Shown in pieces: positions 28,001-39,016 of a stretch of 64,000 bases of DNA. The translations under genes and the position numbers were made by a program. The notes beneath the pieces are model-generated. The model saw only the letters and a program-made list of their open reading frames with translations. It was not told where the DNA came from and made no database searches. Numbering within the stretch: the first letter of the stretch is position 1; every line of letters starts with the position of its first letter. This DNA is from Antedon mediterranea. Taxonomy: Eukaryota; Animalia; Echinodermata. The DNA lies in contig NC_092671.1 in assembly GCF_964355755.1 (NCBI RefSeq), positions 16,616,001 to 16,680,000 on the forward strand, in the 5' to 3' direction.

Positions 28001-31000
28001 CCTACAGAATAAAACAATATTAAAATTCGTACATGTACAATAAATTAGAAAAATTTTTAGAATTTCTCTACCTGTGTGTCTCGAATTTTTTAATAAAGTT
28101 GATTGGTTAAAGTGGAGCTCCACCCAGAAAATTACTATTTTTCATATATTTCAACTATTATTTAAAAATATCATCCCTTATACTTCATATTTTTTTGAAT
28201 TTTTTTTCAATGAGTACGATTTTCTTGAAAATCACGCCTTTTTGCGTTTTGGGGGGATACCTTGTAATTTCCTATTATTTTACATGCAAAAGGGGGGTAT
28301 ATTTGAATAATCCTAAAAAATTCATTTCTTCACCAAAAAAAAAATGTAAAATGTATATTGATGTAATTTTTCCAGATCTTTCTATTTCTGGTATTTTTAT
28401 CACGTATACATTGCGCAATTTTGCGTAAATAGACACTTTCCCCCGTTCGGGTCCAATTGGGTTTTTTATTTTGCTAGGGAGTACGATCACGTGACATTTT
28501 TCACAATCACACTACTGCAGCTGGCGATCTGTTATTTTGTCGCGATGCTATTTTTGACGGGCGAAAAGTATATTAAAACATTCTGAATGTGACCCTATTA
28601 TGTTTCACAGTGTAATAATGTGATTATGAGACTATTACTAAAATGTCAAATTTAACGAGATTTGAGAAAGACGTGGCTATATATTCAATAAAGCTAGGCC
28701 TAGGCCTACTAGAGTGTAGGTATGTACCGATGCTGCTTGGCCTCTAGCTAGGCTAGGCTGACAGCAGTGAAGTTTGTTTTGCTGGCACCCGACCTTGGCC
28801 TACCCATGGGCCATGATAGGGTGCCTGAATAGTTGCTTTTCAGTCAGGTCTAAGCTTGCACATCGCTTTACTACTCTTTACTACTCTTGTTCTGTATACT
28901 ATAGGATTTTGTGTTTCACAATTCTTAATGTGCGAGAAAACCCAGGAACGATAAATGGGGCGAAACGACCATGCCTATGAATACATAGGCCTCTAGACAA
29001 AAATTCAAGGCTAGCTAGGCTGAGCAGACGGCTGAGCTAGGCCTAGCCCTAGCTTAAAGTTAAAAGCAATCTGATAAGATTATTATGCTGTTGTTGTACA
29101 GTGAAAATCATGAGGTTACATGTAAATTATACTGACATTCTTATCGGAAATATTACTTAGGCCTAAACAAATCGTATTAATTGTGTGTATAAAATTTATT
29201 CCCCATTTTTCGACACATAATTTACCAAAGGGGAGACATTTCATCAATGCGTTGACCAGCGACTAAAACGCGTCAGTCGCTAAGTGTAACGCGTTTTGCG
29301 ACGTATTGTAAACTAATAACCCCTAAGTTACTGAAAAACTGTAATGTGTTAAAAAACACTATTTCCTGACCGATTTTTTAGAAATGAGTTTTTGGAAAAT
29401 ATTTCCGTATTTTCCTGGTTTTTTTTATGCAATCACTTTCAATTAAACATACTTAAACATGATATAAGCTGAGAAAGTCTGAGTGTAGCTCCACTTTAAA
29501 AAAATCTAATTTTGTGACACTCATTCACTGACCAGTGACAATATAAACAAAAATAACAAATAATATTAATATCAAAGTTCTTACCAATCTGCATAAAAAT
29601 TTACAAAAACGACTTTATGTCCATTTAAAATTTGATCAATGTTTCCCTGATTCAAAGTGACAACAGACTGAGTGCTTTCAGGACATGCGAACATGGCCAG
29701 CTGAAAAAAAAAATTGTGATTCTAATGAGATTAGATACAACTGGGGAAGAGTTTGCAAGTTTTTATGGTGAGCTGGGGAGGGATGAAGGTACTACAGTAC
29801 TGTAGACGAGTGCAATAAAGTGGGGATTTTTTTTAATGTTTTTTGGGCTACTTAGGGAGGGCAGGGTGAGTTACTTGATATGGCATTGGTAGTTGTATTC
29901 AATTGAGAGTTGAAGTTACTTTCTGTACAAAAGAACTATTATGTGTATATGTGTATATAGAAAAATAAATCACTAAATCAAACATTGCAAGTTTGGTAAG
30001 GAAAATATTATGTAAGTGGATACTAAATGTGTTTAACAGGTAGTGGTATTGTTTTAATTATTAATAATTTAATTATTAACATGTTTATGAGGGATGTGAT
30101 GACATCAAACATAATTATAAAAACAGGATAATGTAAATCAAATAATTTAGATTACTTTATTATTTAAATTATCTCTGGCATCATGGACTTTCTAGATAAG
30201 CACAACGAAAAAGAATTAAAATACAATAAAAGACAATAAGGTATTGTTTTAAAAGTCAGTAGAACTTGAAAGTTCAGGAAGTCAATTTACTATGCCACGC
30301 CTACCCTTAACTTTTCCAAATTTCATTAAATAAGATACATTTACATAGTACAATAAATAAATCACAAAGACTATTTCAAAGCCACAATTTGACAATTTAT
30401 CACTAGGAAATCCAAGTTATCACAATTCAAAGCTTTTAAACAAATAATCATTAATTGGACAACAATAGTCAAATTCTAATTCTAAGTGTATAGAAACAGT
30501 AATGTACCAGCTGGTGGCTATAGTAACAATAACTTGTTGCCACATGCTACTACACTGTATCATTTGCTCAATACTACTCTGTTTAATGCAGAGTTAACAT
30601 CTCTTTTCAGCTATGACAATGAAACAAGTAACATTATTTAATTAATAAATTGGCCTACCTACAATCAATGTGTTATATACGTCAAAGATGGACATGTAAT
30701 GTAAGCCTAATAATACTTAAATATAGGCCTAGTAGTATTATATTTAAAAACTTACTAGGCCTAGGCCTAATTTAAAAATTAAAATTCAATTCACATTTAT
30801 TTACTCATCGTTTATAAATACAGTTTCATAGCATAAATGATGGCAAGGATCCTGCATAGAGAAGTTTACACTTCTGTTTTCGCAGGACCCTTTTACATAA
30901 AAAACATAAAACAATAAACACAACATAATAGATACAAAATTTTAGAAAACATTTCCTATATACATTTTAGAGTTGTTCATCATCAAAAAGCATTAGTGTT

Positions 31001-31610
31001 TTTATAATATCATTATTTATACATTTTTTCTTAAAAAAGAAGATATTCAGTTTATTACTTCCAGTACATGTGGATTCTTTCTAAATATAAATAACTAGTC
31101 TAGGCTAGGCCTAGGCCTATATAGGCCTAGGCCTAGTAGGAATATACAAAATTAAACATTTAAATAGTAATAAAATTAAACATTTTATTATTAATATTAT
31201 ATTAATAACAAAACAATATTCGAAAAGCATTTTTACAATAAATTATAGAGACTTTTGGGACCACTAATTCAGTCTTTGAGTAGGCATAGGCTAGGCCTTA
31301 CAGTACGTCCGAATACACATTCAGACTCTCAATCAACAACATGACAGGGACTCAAATGACTTCCCCTCCGCTCTGCTCAGAACAGCAGCAGAGCCTATCT
31401 ACTGTACGTAGGATAGGCTAGCCTAGACAAATTAACAGCAAGCGACTTCATACACTAAGGCCTAGAGATCATTATCAAAACGTAGGCATAATGCTTCAAA
31501 ACAAATACCTATTTATAAATCGGTTTCTAATTATATAAACACCGTAAACTCACCAAAATACAACATAGAAATATCATGTTTCCAGGTATCTGTAGTAACA
31601 TGTTAGCCAT
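19006..31610 (-). CDS. ERP44: Endoplasmic reticulum resident protein 44 (PDI family), 10 coding exons
   Basis: Exons 31610-31554, 29700-29585, 27854-27739, 27334-27150, 25423-25311, 24647-24590, 23173-23057, 22623-22512, 20403-20262 and 19243-19006 are in frame. Signal peptide, VNFYADW-CRFS motif, KYPTLKLFRNG, VREITFENGEELTEEGLPF, AIDSFRHMY, DLHSGKLHREFHHGPD, C-terminal RDEL. Confidence 0.95.
20443..20635 (+). mobile_element. 5S rRNA-headed SINE fragment with a Deu-like central domain
   Basis: TATGGCCATACAGCGTTAAAACACTGGTTCTTGTCAGATCACCAAAGTTAAGCAATGTTGGGCCAGGTT resembles the 5' ~75 nt of metazoan 5S rRNA. It is followed by GTCCTTCGGATAGGACGT...GGTCCCGTGTACA...GTTAAAGAAC. Confidence 0.7.
20638..21603. 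mobile_element. Tc1/mariner (pogo/Tigger-like) non-autonomous element
   Basis: TIR CAGTCAACTCTCCCAA / TTGGGAGAGTTGACTG flanked by TA on both sides; no ORF. Confidence 0.88.
22793..22958. mobile_element. MITE with 3-bp TSD
   Basis: TIR AGGGACTTTTAGATTT / AAATCTAAAAGTCCCT, with ATT on both sides. Confidence 0.75.
23331..24040. repeat. Inverted repeat / old TIR element in an ERP44 intron
   Basis: AATATATATCACAAAAATGAGTATTCCGCG versus its reverse complement at 24011-24040 (2 mismatches in 30); weaker similarity continues inward. Confidence 0.65.
28111..29495. mobile_element. Non-autonomous DNA transposon with TTAA TSD (Kolobok-like AG...CT ends)
   Basis: TTAA-AGTGGAGCTCCACCCAGA ... TCTGAGTGTAGCTCCACT-TTAA (18-bp TIR, 2 mismatches); no coding capacity. 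Confidence 0.78.
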
Positions 31611-32869
31611 GACTAACAAAACCGGACCGACTTTCAGCGAATGAAAATTATCCACGATGTCAAACGTAACGTAATATTTTGCCGGTGTGGCTCTATGACA
31701 TGACCTCGTCGTATTGCCGTAAATATAATACTGTAAAACAACTATTTTAAATGATATATTTGTTATCAATTAAAACTAGTTTAACATATTGGGTTGCTTG
31801 AATACAAATTTCAAATATTTAGAAAAGTTTATAACAGGAAGATAAAATAAAACAATAAGCAAATTGATTTGTTCTGATATCATATTCATACAGTACAAAT
31901 TAATGTAATATGCCTAGTTTTAAAAAAGAGGGCGGCACACACATTTTGTTTAATAATAATAATAATAACTTTATTGAACAGACGCTTTTAGAACAGCGGC
32001 ACACGTTTTATGACGGTGCGTTCATAAGTTTAAAGAAAAAGAAAAGTACAACACTTAACTTTTGATGGAGTTATAGGCCTATATAAGTATATTTATTTAT
32101 TATTATTCTTATCAACATTATTAATATCTTATTGTTTAAAGAAATTTTATTAGGCTATTATTGAGGATATTATTAAATTTATAATCTTTTATATTATTTA
32201 TTATTATTTTATTATTTATGTTCTTGTTAATACTGTATTATTATGAAAGTTAATCGTGGTTAGTAATTTATTTACAGTGGTACTATTTTTTTTATTATTT
32301 ATGTTTGTATTTTATTAACATTTTTATCTCAGAGCCAAATGTATGGCTGTGCTGATATCATAAAGCCGGCTCGTTATTATGCCCCAGCTTTGCACTCTAT
32401 ATATTTAGGCATATACAATTATCCATAAACTGCATTATACAGTTTCAGTTTTATTCTCCATTTTAGATATAATATGGATAAGGAGACCAAAATACTAAAG
32501 ATGAACTTTCGGTCACCTGAAAAATAATATATTATTTAGATTTAGATAGGATACCTTATAGTAGGGTTTCCACAATTGATCTGAACTGATTGAGAATTTA
32601 AAATTTAGCGGCAAACTTTTCACTATGAAAACTGTCAAGCCATAGTAGGCCCTACTATCATAATGTCAATGTAATATTTTTGTATTAAAAACAAAAATGA
32701 TGCCGAACTCATCAGCCTAACAAACAGACACCGCGCGGCGCAGAATGTGTAGATAGGGACAGTACTGTTGGTATTTGTCGAATAGGAGTGCCCCCTTTAA
32801 TGAAAATTCTATTATAACGTAATAAAATTTGGAAATGTATATTTCAGCTATAACATTTTAAGTACAGTA

Positions 32870-33303
32870 CCGTACATCTTCTAATTGTAACCCTGGGTTA
32901 TTATTCTTTGATTGTTTTTTTAGGATGGGTTACTGTTAGAGTAGGCCTAGTGGGTTATTACTAATCTTAAATTAGGCACCTGAAAATTGTAACCAAGCCT
33001 CAAATTTTCCGGTCAGCAACTCATAGCAAAATAATAAAACAGTACAAATAAACAAATTTGTTTGAACTCTAACTTTATTTTATAAAATCAAAAACACTAA
33101 ATCCTCCCCCACTCCCGAGATCAATGCATTATCTCCTTATTTTCAAAATACGGCTGCATCATAAGTTGTTGTGACTCTAATACTAACCCCCATGGGTTAC
33201 TATTAGAGTAGTGGGTTATTATTATAGATTGACTTATGAGGGTGGGTTACTATTAGAAGTGGGGTTACTATTAGAGTGTGGGTTACTACTAGAAGATTTA
33301 CGG
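32870..33303. mobile_element. Tc1/mariner (pogo-like) MITE with CCG...CGG ends
   Basis: TA-CCGTACATCTTCTA ... TAGAAGATTTACGG-TA; subterminal repeats GGGTTACTATTAGAGT. Confidence 0.78.
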
Positions 33304-34086
33304 TACTCGTATTACAATTTTATTCAAATATTTTTTAAAGTTGTGCTGCCACCATTAGTTTATAACGACGCACTGAACCATAAGAAAGTAAACAAATTAA
33401 AGTGTAGCAAAGCGTGACTTAAATTAATTATTGATTAAAATTGTTTGAATGTGTTTATCTTTATACCTAGCCTTATCGTTCGTACATTTGTGGCGACTTT
33501 CAGATATGAATCTACAGTTGTGTGTTCAATAAATGTATAGATGCAAAGTTCACTTAAATCTGATCTGGGGTAGTAGAGCAGAAGAAAAATATCCATTGTT
33601 TGCAAATAAGTCGATGTTGCAAGGTCAGGCTTCCGTTGCCTGTGTTGTGTTGCAATGACAACTGGCAAAGAGTAAACGCAATGCAAGATTCTTAAATTTG
33701 GCCATCTACAGTGTTGTTGTTATTATTTTGATGTTTAGTAGGTATTTTTCGAATTCTGTTAAATTGGTCAACATTAATGTTCAGTTTAGAAACCACATGA
33801 CTCATAGATGTATTTTGTAAATCCCGGTAGTTTTCATTATGTACTGTATAAACACTGAACAGGGAGATATAAACTGGTATAGGCCAAATGTGTAGATCGT
33901 GGTACAGTAAATCATTCAGCAAGAAACATTTTTTACTTAAAATGACTGTCTGTCCATGTGCCAATATACAGTAAATCATTTTCCTGCAGTGACAAGTTCA
34001 AATCAATGATGCAAGATAATTTGACCGATAATTTTAACATCTTTCATAACAATTTTCTTTATTACAGATTGTTAGAACCTGCCAAG

Positions 34087-36426
34087 ATGAGTCGTAATGC
34101 ATGCAAATTTGTGATTATAGGCTTCAGTTGTCTCGTGTTTGTCTTATTTCTTGCATGGTCTGCCAGTGATCCCGCTGTTGAATCACGTATTGAAATGTAA
34201 GAAATTCTTAATTTATGTAGTGTATTTTTAGGCCATTATCATATTTCCACTTGTTATAAGCATTACAAAATAAACAAACAATAAATAAGGGCATATTTTT
34301 TATACTACAACATTGTAATGAATAAGTCGCAATTGTTAACTTGTAATTTAAGTACTTGTTAAGTACCATAAAATGTTATTTACCATTGTTCTAGATTATC
34401 TATTGTAGCCGACGATGAACTGATCGAAAATAACAAAGATCCTGGCATACATATCCTGCAAGATACAGAAACACAAAACCTGCAAAACGTGGACATACAT
34501 AACCCACAAGATGCATATAGAAAAGCAAAAACTGATTTTGTATATCAGCAAGAAGCAGACAATATATTAGAAGACATAATAGAAGAAACGGGAAAAACAA
34601 AAGAAGAGTACAATCCTACAGAAGAAGAGCAAAGCCCAAATCATGTAGAACAACAACAAAATATCCGTCCAAAAACCTTTTTTAGTGAACTGAATTTAAC
34701 GTAATGTATTTTGATAATTTTTCCCCCCCAAAATTATAGATTAATCAAATCAGACTTTGAATAGTCCATTTTTCAATTTTAATAAAGTTATTCACTTCTG
34801 TAGAAAAAAATCAACAAAAATAATTATTTCACTTATAAAATGACAAAATAAACCAAAGACAAACAGACAATTTAGGTATATTTTGCTTTAAATTTCATGT
34901 TATTATGGAAAATTTTGTTTTGTTCCGGTTTTTGGTTAAAATGAATAACTATTATGTGACATTAAAATGGCATATTCAACAACAAAAATGTAAAAAATAT
35001 TTTTTAAGGGACAATATATCTTAAAATAATTGAATCACTACTACTATCACCATCATATAATCATGTTTTAACCCTTAAACCTACAAAGTAATTAGTAAAA
35101 ATATCAGATAATAACAGATATAAAATGTTTTTTAATTGTTTTTATTTTCTTACTTAGGTTTGCTGATATTAAACTTTTGGAAAATAATACAATACCAACA
35201 GAGATATTTATAGCAGCATGTTTGGAAATGGGACCATTTCTATGTGAGTTCCGGTGATATTATAATATTTATTTTAAAAAAAACCTGTTTTTCCTGTTGA
35301 TTAGTGCTGTTAATTCCATGGTTGATTCACATCGAATGTTAAAAAAACTGTATACTGTATTGTCTTTATAATGCTTTATAGAGAATCTCAACATCTATTT
35401 AAACAAATCAAGATTCAAACTAAAATTCCATAAGTTATTTCACAATACACATAGTCAATATGTACATTAGATTAAGTCTTACTGATATAATAATTTACAC
35501 ATTATTCATGCTCCTTTTGCACAATTTTACAGCTAAACTTGGTACAGGAATATCAGTTATCAAAAGAGAGGTAGAAAACAATTTACATGTAAGTTGTTTT
35601 TTTTCTGCTCCTTACATTTTCGCTGTTTGGTAGTTTCCTCAATTTGAGAAACATTCGTTTGTATTTTATGTTTTTGGAAATGAAAAAAAAAATGTTTTCT
35701 AAATTTAAAATCAGCACTTACGGCAGCCCAAACATCTAGTATCTGCTTCAGATGCATTGGCTATGCCTTTCCGCTGGTCAAGGTGGGCACTGGATGACAG
35801 AAGCCCTTGATCAATGTGGGCATTGGATGACAGAAGTCCTTGATCAATGTGGGCACTGGATGACAGAAGCCCTTGATCAATGTGGGCTTTGGATGACAGA
35901 AGCCCTTGATCAATGTGGGCACTGGATGACAGAAGCCCTTGATCAATGTGGGCATTGGATGACAGAAGCCCTTGATCAATGTGGGTACTGGATGACAGAA
36001 GCCCTTGATCAATGTGGGCACTGGATGACAGAAGCCCTTGATCAATGTTAGGACCAACCAACAAGATGCTTTAAACAGTCCTGGCTTAGTTTACATTGTC
36101 ATTCCAGACAGTTGGCCATAAATAATGAAATAGTTAAATCGTGTTGTTCTGTGCATCAGACACAAAGCTCTTACAGCTTGACACAGCATGTTCTCCAGAA
36201 ATCTCCTTTGTCATCGAACCACTCTTTTCCCATCAGTAAGAAATAGCTTTTGAAATCTTGTAGGATATCAATAGACTGTTTGAACAGGATAAAGAAAAGT
36301 ACCACACATTGCAGGCTATGGTGTTATCCGATATTGAATCTGGTAGAATTATGAAACACCACACCTGTAGCAGGTCACTCAGGTGGTTGAGAAGGCAAGT
36401 TAATCTAACTCTTCATGCGTACTGTT

Positions 36427-36468
<42 letters not shown>

Positions 36469-36469
36469 A

Positions 36470-36519
<50 letters not shown>

Positions 36520-38077
36520 GTAGTAGTAGCAGCGTAGTGTGAAATAAAGAAAGATCTTCTACTGTAGAATGGGAAAGAAACAATCAAATAATAACTAGGA
36601 GACGCACATCACATAATTTCTCACCCATATGAATTTAAACCTCTTTTACTACAGTATTAGTTTATGCAGTGTTGCATCACATTTTTTCCCAATGAGGACA
36701 GAAAATATAACAAGCTATGAATGGGATTGCTTGCATATTTTATCGAAAGTATTATAAGTATTATAATTACAAAAATAATTACATTTTCAGGATGTATGAA
36801 TTCATCTCAATATTTCTTGAAAAAATTGCGATGGGCGAGAAGGATCTCACCAAAGATGCACGTAAGAATTTTTTTTTATTTATTTATTTCGACTTCTCAC
36901 TAACTCAGTTAGTGTAGGATCTGGACCAACAGGTGGTAAACACCTCTAAAATGGTCCAGTCCCAATTTGCACAGTGGCTGTGTGCGACAGTGGCTGTGTT
37001 TGTGTGGACTAGTACACCGGGGTAACCCCCTATTCGTCTCGAAAGATGTACTAGGTTCTTTAAAGTGCGCATGAGCTATGTGTACACTGGACCTACGGTT
37101 TATAGTCCTTATCCGAGAAGACTCGTTCTACCACCAAAACCATGGAGCGAGTGAGCCTCGAACCCTTGCCGATGTTATGGCTATGTAATTACGGTTCCAC
37201 TGTCTTAACCGCTCGGCCACTCACTCGCAAATTTTTGTTTGTTTTTAAGCCTTGTTCACACTGGATGTTAAAAATGGTAAATTTAACCATAATAACTGTT
37301 AATTAATGCAGTTAGTTTTACCAAGATTTAACAGCATTTATATAATATTAATTATTATAATTTCAGGTGTGGCATATGACTTAACTATTTCAATGTTTCA
37401 CAACTATTTTATTAGAAAAGCCATTTCAGTAAGTGTAAAACTATCTTGTATTATGTTGTATAAAAATGTAAGCAACTTGCGACTAACTAATACAAATTCT
37501 TCTGTACTTAAAAAAAATATTTCTGCTGGTACTATTAATGTCACTCTACTATAGAGGGCGTTCAGGGAGAGAACTCGTGGATTGGGGAGGAGAGACAAGT
37601 TGTGTTGAGCCAATTTAATAAAGTTTTATTAGAAACTAACAGACCTCCCAATTTGGAAAATGTAATATGGGGAGGTTTTATTTTCCTAACTATAGAGGGG
37701 ACCATAATACTACATAAAACCATAGAAGATATGAAAATTTAACCATAACAAGAGGATATAATATTTTCCCTTCATTTCATGTCCTCTGGAATAGGTGTGT
37801 CCCCTGACAGGGACTGCCTCCTTAAATAGTTTTAGTGTCCCAAAAGAGAGGTTCCACTGTAACTGTTACATTTGTCTTCATTTTCTTGCAGACTGGATTG
37901 CATCTATTGCCAACTTATGAGACATTTTTGATCAGTATGAGTGTCGACAAAGAGGATGCCAAAAATCCAGTATTTAAACAAGTATTCAAAGAAGATGTTT
38001 TACATTATATATCTACTTTAAAACCAATATGCAATATTATTAAACAGTTTTACACTGATCATGGTCTTGAAAACTGA
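34087..38077 (+). CDS. Glycolipid transfer protein (GLTP) domain protein, FAPP2/PLEKHA8-like domain, with an N-terminal signal peptide/anchor; 8 coding exons
   Basis: Exons 34087-34196, 34395-34700, 35158-35243, 35533-35588, 36264-36394 (GC donor), 36791-36861, 37367-37428 and 37892-38077 join in frame. GLTP-fold motifs: TFFS..TFADIKLLENNTIPTEIFIAAC, YHTLQAMV, SLRWLRR, AYDLTISMFHNYFIR, LPTYETF, FYTDHGLE. Confidence 0.85.
35776..36048. repeat. 33-bp minisatellite, ~8 copies, intronic
   Basis: Unit TGATCAATGTGGGCACTGGATGACAGAAGCCCT. Confidence 0.95.
36427..36530. repeat. (TAG)n microsatellite
   Basis: About 34 TAG/AGT units with few interruptions. Confidence 0.95.
36870..37228 (-). mobile_element. 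tRNA-headed SINE with a Deu-like central domain
   Basis: Minus strand: A box GTGGCCGAGCGGTTAAG, B box GGTTCGAGGCT, then TCTCGGATAAGGACTATAAACCGTAGGTCCAGTGTACA...TTAAAGAACCTAGTACA and an (AAAT)n tail. Confidence 0.78.
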
Positions 38078-38598
38078 AAATTCTGAAATGATGACATCTA
38101 TATTTGTGAAAGATAAGATTTTCTTTTTTGAAAGAGCTATTATGAAATACTTTGATGATATCTTTGTGAAATTTTAAACTGTACAATTATATTTACACAT
38201 GTAAAAAAGGGAATATTTGAAGGTTCTAGATGGACATTTTTATATCTATCTTTGTGAAATTTTAAACTGTACATTTACACATGTAAAGAAAAAGGATTCT
38301 TTTTTGGTTTGATATCCATAACATTTTGGCACATATGGCGCGTCATACCAATACTTTAGCTGAACACTTGTTTGTAATAAAGAGATTTGTGGTAAATCTA
38401 GTAAAAGAGATATTTCTCAGGAAATCTTAATTCAATTATTTTGTTTTTAAGAAGGAGGTTTTGGACCAACTTACAAGGTATTCTATCTACCTTTTATCTC
38501 TATCCTCATTCCAATTATTGTTGGTGGCAGTGAAGATGCCTTACTGTTTGGTAAAATTAATTCTTATGTTCTAAAAATGGGTTTATTAAGATTAGGCT

Positions 38599-38773
38599 TG
38601 TCGTGTATCGTCGTAGACAAATTAATAAGTACGTTGAGATGAGTATAATAATGAACGTATTTAATGAAACCAACTAGTATTCATGAACAATAGTATAGAA
38701 CGTTTTGTAGGCTAACCTCGTCAGAGCATATGCGCAGTACGCATATATTATATGTGCGCGTGCATATACTACA
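38599..38773 (-). repeat. Putative 3' LTR (~175 bp) of the Mag-like element
   Basis: Starts TGTAGT right after the PPT, ends ACGACA and contains ATTAAA on the minus strand. No second copy is available to confirm the boundaries. Confidence 0.6.
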
Positions 38774-39016
38774 CTCCTCCTTTCTTATTTTAACGTTAAC
38801 ATTATATCAATAAGCACAATAAACTTTCGTTAATTATTTTGTTAATCAAATAGGTTAATCATCGTGATTAAATTACTGCTTCTATAGTTCCAGATAGTTC
38901 TTATTTGGTTCTTCATAATAATTAACAAATGTGAGTAATTCTCACCATTATAATTTTGTGTAAAAACATGAACAACATAACTTTAACGTTCATAATAATA
39001 ACATTGTTCACAAGTT

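Noticed and set aside
35711-36064. Three overlapping repetitive ORFs
   Set aside because: They arise from a 33-bp (multiple of 3) intronic minisatellite. The flanks may be a decayed non-LTR element, but I cannot support that.
36309-36587. Poly-Ser / poly-Thr ORFs
   Set aside because: Translation of the (TAG)n microsatellite; the real exon ends at the GC donor at 36394.
38155-38290. Direct duplication TATCTTTGTGAAATTTTAAACTGTACA in the GLTP-gene 3' UTR
   Set aside because: Ordinary local duplication.
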